A DNA stretch of 33,758 nucleotides from Bigelowiella natans CCMP2755 (lineage: Eukaryota; Protista; Cercozoa), in NCBI GenBank assembly GCA_000320545.1, contig ADNK01003117.1, positions 1 to 33,758 on the forward strand. The letters run 5' to 3'. This document shows positions 23,052 through 33,758 of the stretch, piece after piece (positions within the stretch are counted from its first letter, which is position 1; each line of letters opens with the position of its first letter). The translations under genes and the position numbers were made by a program. The notes beneath the pieces were generated by a model. The model did not search any database. It was given only the letters and a program-made list of their open reading frames with translations, and was not told the DNA's origin.

Positions 23052-24926
23052 TCAGGAGAAACTGTCGTCTTTTTCCTTGCAGCTGCACGATTTCCCAAGG
23101 CTAGGCACTTTCCTTCTCAACAGTTCTAAGTCGTGATTGCCAGTACGTTGCATGGGGGGAAACAAATAAGAACAAAGCCGGACAAGACAAGAAGCTGTGA
23201 GATAGAATAGAATATATGTGTTCTCCATTGATACCACGATTTTGATATCCACAAGGTTGACTCTCTTGGCGGTAGTTTTGAAAAAAATCGCTAAGCTTTG
23301 TGAGCAGCATCATGTCATGGTGGTGTGTTTGTCCATACGTTTGTGCGTGTGTGTAGGTCTATTTGCGCAACATTTACCTTTCTTGATCTGTTATCAAACC
23401 TTTTTGGTCTAACGGCTGAAACAAGTCTTCTTTCAGAGAGAGCCGTCCGAAAACGGAGCCCATTAGTCCTCTCACCTGGAATAAAAATCGTGTTCCATTG
23501 AGGGAAGAAATGTGAAAGAACGGAATAGTTTTGCCCGCAGCATTTCAATCAGTACCTCTCTTCTCACCATCGGATTATTGGCGAATATCAACATGTCGAG
23601 GAAGCCTAGAAGGGTCTCAGTTGACGCTTCCATCATCATAAGATAGAAAGGTGAAGTCCCAAACGCCTGAGTTGCATATGTGGAGAAGATCGGCTTCATC
23701 AATCTATCGAAACAGCCAGCGACTGAGCTGAGATGTTCAAAAGGTGCCGGAAAAACAACCTGGTAGATGCGATTCACAGTACCAAAGAGTAGGATAAAAA
23801 TGAGCGCGCTTGGATATAGCCTTAAGATCTCCCACACCTTGCGCAGACCTTCGAAGTTTCGGTCGTCAGCCTTTCAAAGATAGAACAATTAAGACGGCGC
23901 AATTCCCAGTATGTTACAGGCCATATCGCTAAGGTTCGAGCTCACGCAAACACTCTTTCTCACGATGGTAATGGCGAAGTCCCTCTTTCCGAAAATGATT
24001 GACGCTCTATGCCTCATTGATACCGATGGAGACAGAAGGAGACACGAGATCAATTCTACTGCTGCGCCATTATCATGACTTTAAGTATGATTCGCTACTA
24101 CTCTCGAAATTAGATTTTATGATGCTACTACAAAACGCTACTACATGTCTCTTACCACAGTTGAGAGAGTGGAGAAGACTTTCCAGTAGACAAATAATAA
24201 ATAAAAGGTCACAAGCCAGGCCCATATGTAATATGCAAACATCCTTATTATTTCGAGCGATTCTCCGTCACCGCTCTTCACCCAGCACCAAATTCCAGAG
24301 TGCCCGTACGCATTGAAGAAAAATGGCATCACAGAGGGCAGGATAGGTCCAATTTGGCAGAAACAGAAGTATCTGATTGCAGGTAGATGGCCTCGGGTCA
24401 GGAAAAACACCCCACCATATACATGTATATCGTGCGAAATTCGGTTTCAACAATACATCTCTCCTCTATCTTGTGACTTACATGCAAATGAGTCTGTTGT
24501 TCAGAGGCGCGGAACGAAGGTTCAGCGCAGATTCGACAGCAATGTGCATTGTGCATGCTGCTGCTGCTGTCCACATCATCGAGGATATGTCGAAGTAGCC
24601 AAGGGCAAAGGCCTGTGGGAACAGTTGAGATACGTCAGCGTTAGCAACCAGGAAACGAAGCAACGGCTTGTGCTTCTTGGGACTACCTGCGTTTGGCATT
24701 CATACCCGCCCTCAGGCTTGAAAATCGTGACCGGATTCATGAGGTAGAATATACTGGATGTGATGTCGTTGAGGGTGATGAAGAACACGAGGCGGAAGGA
24801 AAAAACACGCCTCAGCTTCGGGATCAGAGCGAAGCACGTCAGCGTAAACAGGGCTCCAACCAAGCTCAGGGAAGCACATGTAACCACGATTGTCACAGTC
24901 AACTCCTTTTGCTCGTGGTCCATCAT
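23052..24926 (-). CDS. 7-TM G-protein-coupled receptor, GCR1/Dictyostelium cAMP-receptor-like family
   Basis: Exons include 24926-24687, 24612-24482, 24372-24145, 23870-23760, 23666-23556 and 23475-23414. Motifs: ASLSLVGALFTL, FRLVFFITLNDI, ECQTQAF, SSMMWT, YGHSGIWCWV, LRLYPSALI...GTVNRIY, LLGFLDMLIFANNP. The 3' tail exons and the stop are tentative. Confidence 0.87.
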
Positions 24927-25390
24927 AGTCCCCTCCCTCCACTGGCGGCCCCGTGCAGAGGATTAGCGCAGCAGTGGATTTTTGGCCGCAGCAGGACGTC
25001 GAATACTAGATCTAGACCCACCAGTGTAGAGCTGGAATGACTGCTTCGCTGCTGTTTACATCCGTGCACGACCGACGTGCGATCACGTAACTCTAGAAAT
25101 AATACGAAATACTCGTAGATCTATGTGCAATATGCAGACCTGATCTTAACCTTGTTAAATTTTAGATCTAGATCTACTGGACGATCTTCCACACAAAAAC
25201 AGTACAAAAACGAGAGAAAGTGCCTGCTCTGTCACAGGGTATGCAGAGTTGAGACTTGATGCGGTTTTCATCTAAGAATACCGATTTAAGCTTGTCGCAC
25301 ATCGAAGAGCGACCTGTAAATCCGGGCAACCGCACCTCACATACCCCTCTGTTACTCCACGTTTCTGCGCAGTTGGGCACAGCGGGCGGC
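24927..25390. promoter_or_regulatory. Putative bidirectional promoter for the GPCR and GH59, with repeated TAGATCTA palindromes
   Basis: 464 bp separate the divergent ATGs. TAGATCTA occurs at 25007 and 25116, and twice overlapping at 25163-25176. Confidence 0.55.
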
Positions 25391-28300
25391 ATGGCAAACC
25401 TCATCTCCCAGATCAACATGGATAGCCTTTGCTATTCTTCAGGGCAGGCATGGGGCCTTGTGCTACTGGCGTTCCTCTCCTGCGCATGGAACACGGCATC
25501 TGCTGCGACCATTCAGCTGGATCGCAACGGAGCGAATCGCGTGTTTGACGGCATTGGTGCTATCTCCGGCGGCGGGGCTACGTCCCGGCTCCTGGTGGAC
25601 TATCCAGAGAGAGAGAGGGCGCAGATTTTGGACTTTTTGTTCAAGCCTCAATTCGGCGCTTCCTTGCACTTGCTGAAAGTCGAGATTGGCGGAGATTCCC
25701 AGTCCACTGATGGCTGCGAGAGCTCACATATGCATAGCCAGGATGACTTGGATCTCACACGTGGATACGAGTGGTAAGTGATATACCCCACATGAAGTTT
25801 ATCGCGTTGCTGATCTACCCCACGCACTAACTACGACTTCATCCTTTACATTCATCATCAACAACATCAACATCATCATCATCATTGTCAATATCGTCCA
25901 AAAGGTGGCTGATGAAAGAAGCAAAGGCCAGAAATCCTGACATAAAGCTTTACGGTCTTCCTTGGGCCTTTCCGGGTTGGGTTTCAAACTCAACTGAGTT
26001 CCCTTACTCCAAGCCAGAACGCATCGCGAATTACACTGTTAACTGGGTGGAGGGTGCAAAGAAGCTCCATGGTCTAGATATTGATTTCTTGGGCATTTGG
26101 AACGAGCGACCTTCTGACGCTACTTACGTCATGACTCTCCGTAAAATGCTCGATGCCCGCGGGTTTCCCAACACGCGCATTGTGGTCGCGGACGGCGGGC
26201 TGGACGTATGCAAAGACTTGGCAACGGATCCTGAGTAAGCGAAGATTCCAATGCCCCAGAGAACCTTTTGATATTTATCTTCTGAACACTCTTCTATCTT
26301 GTCTTGTCACGACCTCCTGTCCTCACGGCATTATCTTTATTCTATTTCAGCTACAAACGTGCTGTGGATGTTCTCGGTTTCCACTACCCAAAAGAGGACG
26401 ATGGAGGATGGCCAGCATGCAAGGAGCTCAACTTGCCGATGTGGGCCTCCGAAGAGAGTTCCAGTTACGACGATGAGAACGGGGCTCAGTGCTGGTCGCG
26501 CGTTCTCAACGCCCATTTTGTCCTGAACAACATCACCAGGTACTTTGCATGATGAGTCAGGCATGCTTTTGCTTTGCGAAACGTGTTGCCCTCTCCTTCT
26601 ACCCATGTCTTGTATCTTTCGTATCTTTCGATTCCATTCTATTCGCGAAAATCTGCGCCCGTCCTGAAATATTGGGTTGCTCTCAGCTCCATTATGTGGA
26701 ACCTTGTCGGCTCCTACTTCCACGGCACCATGTGGTATGCCTCGTCGTTGATGACTGCTGTCGAGCCCTGGTCAGGCCACTACGACGTCGCGCCTGTTGT
26801 ATGGGCAACTGCACACATCACACAGTTCACCCAAATCGGGTGGAAATATCTTGACGTAGGCTCGGGGAGTGGTCAATTTTCCAAGGGGGGCTACTACGTC
26901 ACGATGATCGACGCCGACACGCGTAACTTCACGTTGAATGCGGTCAAAGTTGCAGAGAATCACGCCTTCTGCACGCGACCCGCGCTACCTCGAGAAGACG
27001 TGACCCCGGTAGAGACAGAAAACATCAAGTTCGTGCTAGCGGACAGCTTCAAAGAATGGCTGCCGATGACGCTGTACGTCTGGCGTTCCAACTTCGATAT
27101 TGCTGCGGGCATCTCCAAGACTGAATTTGTGAAAGAGCGTGCGATTGAGCTGACGGCTACTTCGCAATCCTTCGAGCTGGAGATCAACGTTGGCGATGTC
27201 GTGACAGTCAGTACGATCGGGAATGCGAAGAAAGGAGTAACGAGGAAGTCGCCCCCCTCCCAACCTCAGTTTCCGCTGCCTTATTCAAGTGGATTCGAGC
27301 AAGTTGCCGTGGCGCAGGAGGGAGAGTATTGGACGGATCAAATCGGGGTAAGTAATAGCTTGGTCAATGTATTTTGCAGATCTTTTTAGATGAAACGGCA
27401 ATGGAAAGGCATGATGCATCGAGATCAACCAACGCGTTAAAGTAGTCAAATTCGAACACGATAGCCCGTATTTATGGAAGGGGGTATGATGATAATGTTG
27501 TTTTTTAAAAACAGTGAATGATGATAGCATAGGTGAGGATGATTGCCGGCCCGAACGTTCGTTACTGATTGCCCTGTCTGCCTTTTTGTTGCTGCTGTGG
27601 TGTTTTGGCGGTCACGGCATCACACTCAACAGATTTTCGAAGTGCATGCTGAACTGCCTGGCACTGGAAATGGAAAGGCGAATAAAGTTATGAGACAAAT
27701 GGTACCGGCAACTCCTATCGGATGGAAGGACCACGGCAGCCGCGGGCCCATTAGTGTGATTGGCATGCTCGAATGGCAGGATATCGCCATCTCTGCCCGC
27801 TTCAAAATTCCAACCCAATCTCACAGCAGAAACCATGTTGCAAGAGCAGCGTGCCTCTCCACGCGCACTGACCAGACATGGTCCCAAGGCGTTGTATTCT
27901 GCTATGCTACCGAAGATGGAAGCTGGAGCGTCACGTCGGAAGGGCCTCTACTTAATGGCACCTTTACCCCTTCAACGAAGGTGTACGCATCAGGGAAGAA
28001 CAAGACCGTAAAGCAGGGCGAATGGATCTCGATGAGCCTCGAAACCTCCGAAAATGGCGGTGCTGCGGGGCATGTTAACGGGCGGGCACTATTCAGCAAC
28101 CTGTCCGTGCGTGCTGTCGACTTTGGATTCGCTGCTATTGGCTGCAATGACTGGTTCGGCCTCCAAGTCGATGACGTGAAAATCACCACTGTTGGCGATG
28201 AAAAGGAGAAGAAGAATAGTAGCTTGGGCAGTGCTAAGGCTGGCGATACGGTTGGGGTCGCACCTTGCCCTCGCAACGGGGAATTGAGCGAGGCATCCAC

Positions 28301-28700
28301 CTGGGAGCTTCTCTCCAGCTGGCAGATGCGACACGTCGCTTCTGGTTTGTGTGCTGAGATCGAGGCTCTGAAATCTGGAAGCAAAGTCTTTCTGGCCGAA
28401 TGTGCACGGAGGGAGGAGAGAAATAACGGCGGAGCGTTGCAGATGCAGCAGTTCTGGAACGACTACACCAGAATTAGAAATAATCCGGCATCAATCCTCA
28501 TTGGAGCCAACCCTGATGCCACGAAGCTGCAGCTGGCTGGATCGCTTGATGGAACACTCTTTGTGGCTGAAGACGACGTGGACAAAGCTGCCGCTCAATG
28601 GTCGACATGGACGTACTTCCCAAACACCAGGCAAATCCGAAATATGTATACCGCACAGGAAGGATTTGGGGACCAGGTGTTCTGTGTTCAGACACTTTAG
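25391..28700 (+). CDS. GALC: Glycoside hydrolase family 59 galactocerebrosidase-like enzyme with signal peptide and an extra C-terminal ricin-B-like lectin module
   Basis: Exons 25391-25773, 25905-26234, 26351-26539, 26687-27347 and 27633-28700. GH59 motifs: [72 protein letters not shown] (acid/base Glu), WASEE (nucleophile Glu), [14 protein letters not shown]. Confidence 0.95.
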
Positions 28701-28899
28701 CAATGCCAAGCTAGCCTGTTTCTTGATGATTTATCGCATCTGATGCAATGATGTCAATGCATGTTTTGCGCATGCTGTTACTTTTGGGAAAATGTTCAGT
28801 GTCATCAAGCAGACGAACACCAAGCTAGCAAGAAGTGTGTGCATGCGGCGCTTGCGCATGCAAGCATGCATTCAGTTGTCAAGCAGGTCGGCGCGAGCC

Positions 28900-29249
28900 A
28901 TCGATTTGATCTGAGGCGGGTTTATGATGGTGGCTGGTATGGCGATTCCCCTCTACCGTATCGGATGAGAGAATGAAGGCGCAAATAGGCTTAATATGCG
29001 TAACTGCTGTTTTCATTCTAATATGCGGCACTCGCACGCTCTCTCATTCTGCTGTAGCGGTCTAGCAGCTTTCGTGCCTGGCCTTGGTACTCTCACTCCT
29101 ACGATATATTTGAATAACCACCAAGTCTACAATTTGCTGTTGATCATCGAACAACGAATGCGGCGAAACACAGCACCTGTTTTCTCGTTGTTATGAAGGT
29201 TATTGATAATCCGTGGGATAAGCATGGCGCAGAGGGCCTGGTTCTGTAC
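28900..29249 (+). pseudogene. Inverted, truncated duplicate of one GPATCH3 intron plus exon
   Basis: 29205-29249 matches the reverse complement of 16709-16753 at 41/45 nt (DNPWDKHGAEGLVLY). The acceptor (tgttttctc...tgaag) and patches of the upstream intron (gctctctcatt, ctggtatg) are also similar. The left boundary is approximate. Confidence 0.8.
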
Positions 29250-29571
29250 CTCCACCAGGGAGAGTCACAGTGAGCCTGTAGGTTGAAGAACCACCCCATT
29301 CTTGTCCCTCCACTCGGGTGGCGGACAGTTCAACATTGAACTGTGCATTGATCAAGATGTAAGATTCGTGTTGGTTCACAATGCAAGTGTGTTGGGAATA
29401 TTTCCCACAACATTGACAAATAATGGGCCAAATTCAGGATAAGTGCACAGAATGTGGTCCGACGAGCTCCGTTCTTCTATATGTTTGTTGAAAAATTAGA
29501 TGTTTTCAGGTGCAATTATTATCTAAATCAGATCTTGGTGGTAGTACTTGGAGGCGGTACTCGCAGATCCC

Positions 29572-31357
29572 ATGTCGCACATTGGCCAACATGTCCTCCC
29601 CCTGCTGTTCTCCCTCGCTTTGGCTCAATCACATGCTTCAGGGCCAAAGCATCTTCCTCTAATGGTTGTGAACCTCACTTCGGTTCCCTCTCCTCAACTC
29701 CGTATCGCTGTGCAGACTTGTGCTGGTCTGTTCAACCGGAATGAATCCATTGCCGGCCCTGCATACACCCTCATGAGCGATAGAGACAGCGATTGGCTCT
29801 CCGCTATCGAAGAAACACCAACTTCCGTGTCGCCTACAGACTTCTTACACACTTGTCTAGTCACTTCTGGCGTAGCAAAAGGCTACATTCGATACAATTA
29901 TACCGGCCAGCGACGAGTGATACCAAACATAATCACCCTCGCAGCAGTTCTCGACGCAGTCCCCCTTGAAGATACAGACCCGCTCGTTTCGGGTGCTGAG
30001 CTTGTCTTTGATTCGGTCGAAGCGCTTTCTGGGTTCTCCGCTCTCGACGCGACCTCGTACGTTTTTGAGCGGTACTCCAACAAGACTACAACCATGTCAA
30101 AGATGAACCCTGGGCTGGACACCCACAAACACCCGATCCGACCCCCCCTGGTCAAAGACATCAACACTGGATTGGTCGACTACATCGTGAAGGAGCGACT
30201 ATTCAATTTCTTTCTCTCACAAGGCTGCATTCCTGGCACCAAAGAACACGCCCTCATGGAGAAGATTGCGAACGACAACCCCTGGCCTCGACCCATACGC
30301 GTGTATGGTTATGATGACACATATGGAGTGGAAGGAGACCTTTTTGAGGCCGAAACCAACTGTGTGAAGGAGCATAACATGGGGCAGATCGCTTCGGATG
30401 GGGTCAACAATCTGGCATTTTTCTCCCGAAAATCAGCCATTACCGAGCCGCTGCAGCAAAACCCGAAGCAGCTTCCAGGGATCCCGTACAACGATTCCCG
30501 GACGTACATGGCCCTTGTGGTTGGCGACGGTGACAATATTGGCTACGTAAAGGGGGAGCACTTCGACTGGATGTCTAAGCGTGTCAAAGCATGCAAGCAA
30601 GATCCGTCTCCAAGGAGCGGCTGTTTCCCGTTGGTGTGGACACAGTCCCCCCATGCGTTGCACCTCGCCCCTGACATGATGAAGTGGTACTACAACCAAG
30701 CGAAGCAGACGACGCAAGACTACTTTGTCCTACCGCCCAGTGGGGACTTGTATTCGTATCCTGGGATCATGGAAGATGATGATCAGGTTCGGTTTGTTGC
30801 CAACACGGAGCGGGACTGCAAGCTCATGAACACCAGTGCTACGGTGGACTGGGAATGGTTCGGAACCTGGCCAGAAGCTATCAAGCGTCTGTTCCCCAGA
30901 TACGCAAAGAATGGCATCGTCAGGGGCTTGTTCGCAGTGAACGTGCCTTTCATGATACCTGTCTTTGCCTTCGCCGAAGGAGAGTTCTACAAAATCTTCG
31001 AAAACTCCACGGTTTTGTTCAGGCCAAGGAGCTGGAGGGGAGAGGCCAAGAGCAAAATTCCATTCAGTCATAAGGTTGCAACCTTGAATCATGCTAAAAT
31101 CACTTTTTTGTTGGTTCTATTCACATTTTTTGTCACCGAGATTTGAATGTTTGCCGAACGATTAGGAGTACCTGTCGGCTAAGGACATGGCAAGCGAGAT
31201 CAACAACTACCCAAAAGGTACTGTCAGCTACATTTATCTCACCAGCGATGGTGGTGCGAGACTGGAGTCCCTCTACAAACTGGTGCCGCTGCTAGATGAA
31301 CATGTAAGCATTGTCGATCACGACACATTGGTGGACATGGCTCTTCAACGGGGTTAA
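29572..31357 (+). CDS. Secreted GxGYxYP-family putative glycoside hydrolase
   Basis: Exon 29572-31074 and exon 31166-31357 join in phase 0. There is a signal peptide (MSHIGQHVLPLLFSLALAQSHA). Motifs YMALVVGDGDNI, PLVWTQSP and WYYNQA...DYFVLPPSGDLYSYP match the GxGYxYP C-terminal barrel pattern. Confidence 0.8.
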
Positions 31358-32046
31358 ATAGTTGCCGAGATTCTTCAAAAAGAAAAATGTGGGAGAATTT
31401 CGATTTATTTTATCAATGATTGATGTCACGTCTAGGCGTCTATTGGAGCAAGTGTCACACATTTGTCTAGATCCACACCGCGCGCATGCAGTGAGCATCG
31501 TGCACGTCGAACATCTCACTGTGATTTGCGGAAACACATTTGGACATCATTGCTGCGATGCGGTGAATATAATCACATGCAAGCTACAGCAGCAGTGCAA
31601 TTTGTGGCCTTTTTTGCTTCTGCATCAACAAGCAGCAAGATGTGCAGTGGAAAGAAAAACGACTTGCTACCCGCCCGACCAACCGCCCAAAGCTAGAAAG
31701 CTAGAAAGGCGCATTCCATGGTAATGCGGAGTTGACTCAGTTAGCTTGACATGCATGCAGAATTGAGCCACTGGGGGTTCGGCTCACTGCTCGCACGCGG
31801 GTCTTTTAACTTTTGCGCGCATTTCACTCGCATTTGATGCAACTAGCCTAGTCACATTACATCACGCTAGCACGCCATTTTTAGATTGAAAACCATGCGC
31901 TAGCTAGCATTGCATTTTCCCCTGATACAATGTCACTTCGCCAGCTGTTAGTCAGCAAGTAGTAGTGCTGCCATACTAGCATATGCTATCATGCACGTTG
32001 CTTGTCATCGCGCTGTGCGCTAGCTAGCTAGGCTAGTAGGTGCGAA

Positions 32047-32244
32047 ATAATAGACACAGCAATACACAATATACACAATATATATAATATATATAGTGTA
32101 TTGCATGTCTATCATCGAAGGATGCATGGCATTCACTAGTTCATGCCAGCATGCTAGCATGGACATGCAGAATGCTATTGCAACAGGTTTTAGCTATGGA
32201 ATTAACATCTGTGCGTAACAACAGATGATAGACATGCAATACAC

Positions 32245-32283
<39 letters not shown>

Positions 32284-32551
32284 ATTGCTGTTGCTGTGTC
32301 TATTATACAGGACACACGTTTGATGAAGCACGCATGTGCATGCATGCGCTGGCACAGAGATGCATGGGAATCGAAAGAAGCAAATACATTTTGTGATGCA
32401 CAACTAACAAGCTAGCATAATAGACACTACAGTAATATCATATATATGACATATGTGGTATTGCCATGTCTATGATAAGCATCCTCGATGATAGACACCG
32501 TAACATTTAATATCATATACATGATGTACATGGTATCACATGTACGTCTAT
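32047..32551. repeat. Cluster of four related palindromic units (ATAGAC...AT-rich core...GTCTAT); the first two form a long inverted repeat
   Basis: 32047-32116 is the near reverse complement of 32224-32306. Degenerate copies lie at 32417-32473 and 32487-32551. Confidence 0.75.
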
Positions 32552-32916
32552 AATTAGCTAATAGAGCCCAAGCATCTTATGTGAAGACTGTACATGCATG
32601 ATGCACGGATTCTCTGTTCCATATGACACTAGGACACAACATGTGGACCATGCGCCATGCCCATTTGCGTAGCGCTTTCTAGAACGCTTATTTGATTACA
32701 TGCTAGCTACGTGCTACGGATGCACTGTCATTTAGTCCGCCGACACACTGCTAGACTGCTATTAACATATTCATGAGGTATGACAACTAGCTACACAAAA
32801 TGACAGCAGTGCTTTAATTTGCAAACGTCGTCGTTCCTTGAAGAACCACAGCTGCATCTAGCACATAGCATCCATGCATGACATTGTCAACAACATCACA
32901 TGGCGGCATGCTCATG

Positions 32917-33758
32917 CTATCGTCGCTGCGACGAGCGCAAATAGTGCGTCTTAATTCGGCGGCGCTGCCACGTGCTCCACTTTTTGGGCGGACCGTCGCA
33001 ACCATCTCCTTGTTCCTCCTCGTCCCCAAAATCATCCTCTACCGACAGCTGTGGGGGCGTCGGCGGTGCAGGAGCCTCTTCATCACCAGCACAGCTTTCC
33101 CCGAAGAGAGCGCTCGCGTTGAAAGCCTGATGGGCAATTTGGTTTAAGGTGTTATGGAGTTTTGGCGTGGCTGTTGTTGGATTTATGGAGTATTTTAGCT
33201 GCTCTTCGGAGCCGAGTATCTGAGCTATTTTTTGCTGTTGCAAACGCCCAGATCAGCTCTACTTTGGGTATGATTCAGCCAATTGCTGCTTCAGAGTGAA
33301 ACCCGACCAAAATGCAAAATCTCTACTAAATTTGTCGGTGCGTATATCTATGAATGTATTCTTTGTTAGGATAACTGCATCTAGATGTCCCCCCCCCCCC
33401 CCCCTCTTTCCCTTTCCCTTTTCTCCTGCTATGAAATACTAGACGCATTGTACCGGCAAGCCTCCATTCCAGATATCAAACCATCTGATGCAAAATTTTA
33501 TATATTTTACAAATCTCTCTAAATATACATATGCACGAGAGACAATAAATTACCTATTGACTCTCCACCCCGACGTCATGCATCTCCATAACACATGGCT
33601 CTGAAACATCGCAGATTAGCAAAATAGGTCAGGCATGAGTTTGCGGAAATACAATGCCACATAGAAACTAGACAACTTACCTGCGACATGTAGCGAATGG
33701 TGCTTCCCGTGCTGCTTCGCGAACATGCCGTCCGGCGAATTGAGGGACCTGCATCCCA
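32917..33758 (-). CDS. Possible 3' end of a gene entering from the right edge (acidic/Pro-rich C-terminal exon)
   Basis: ORF 32917-33243 looks coding (EEAPAPPTPPQLSVEDDFGDEEEQGDG). A strong donor (CAG|GTAAGT) lies near 33680. I found no consistent exon chain and no homology. Confidence 0.3.

Noticed and set aside
1-33758. CRISPR arrays, rRNA/tRNA genes, transposase or reverse transcriptase ORFs
   Set aside because: None recognised by eye; tRNAscan-SE, Infernal and RepeatMasker would be needed to exclude them formally.

Overview
Eukaryotic nuclear DNA, intron-rich, with microsatellite-filled introns. The style suggests a non-fungal protist or alga, possibly a chlorarachniophyte, but the taxon cannot be proven from this window. 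By manually splicing GT/GC-AG introns I reconstructed about 10 genes. In order: the 5' part of a membrane-anchored CE2/SGNH-like esterase (-), a Zn(II)2Cys6 factor with an extra C-terminal C2HC-like motif (+), a 16-exon tubulin-tyrosine-ligase-like ATP-grasp protein with an N-terminal membrane anchor (-), a TALE homeobox gene with a PBC-like helix (+), an intronless multi-TM protein ending in CCC (+), a GPATCH3 homologue whose G-patch is N-terminal (-), an EAPP homologue (+), a GCR1/cAMP-receptor-like GPCR (-), a GH59 galactocerebrosidase with an added ricin-type lectin (+), and a GxGYxYP-family putative glycoside hydrolase (+). A doubtful gene fragment lies at the right edge. Eight genes form four head-to-head pairs. 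Main leads: the membrane-anchored TTL-like ligase, the GPCR/GH59/GxGYxYP cluster with TAGATCTA promoter palindromes, the permuted GPATCH3 and its inverted exon copy with only synonymous changes 12.5 kb away, and a nested palindromic repeat family near 32.0-32.6 kb. All family calls come from motif recognition by eye; no database search was run.
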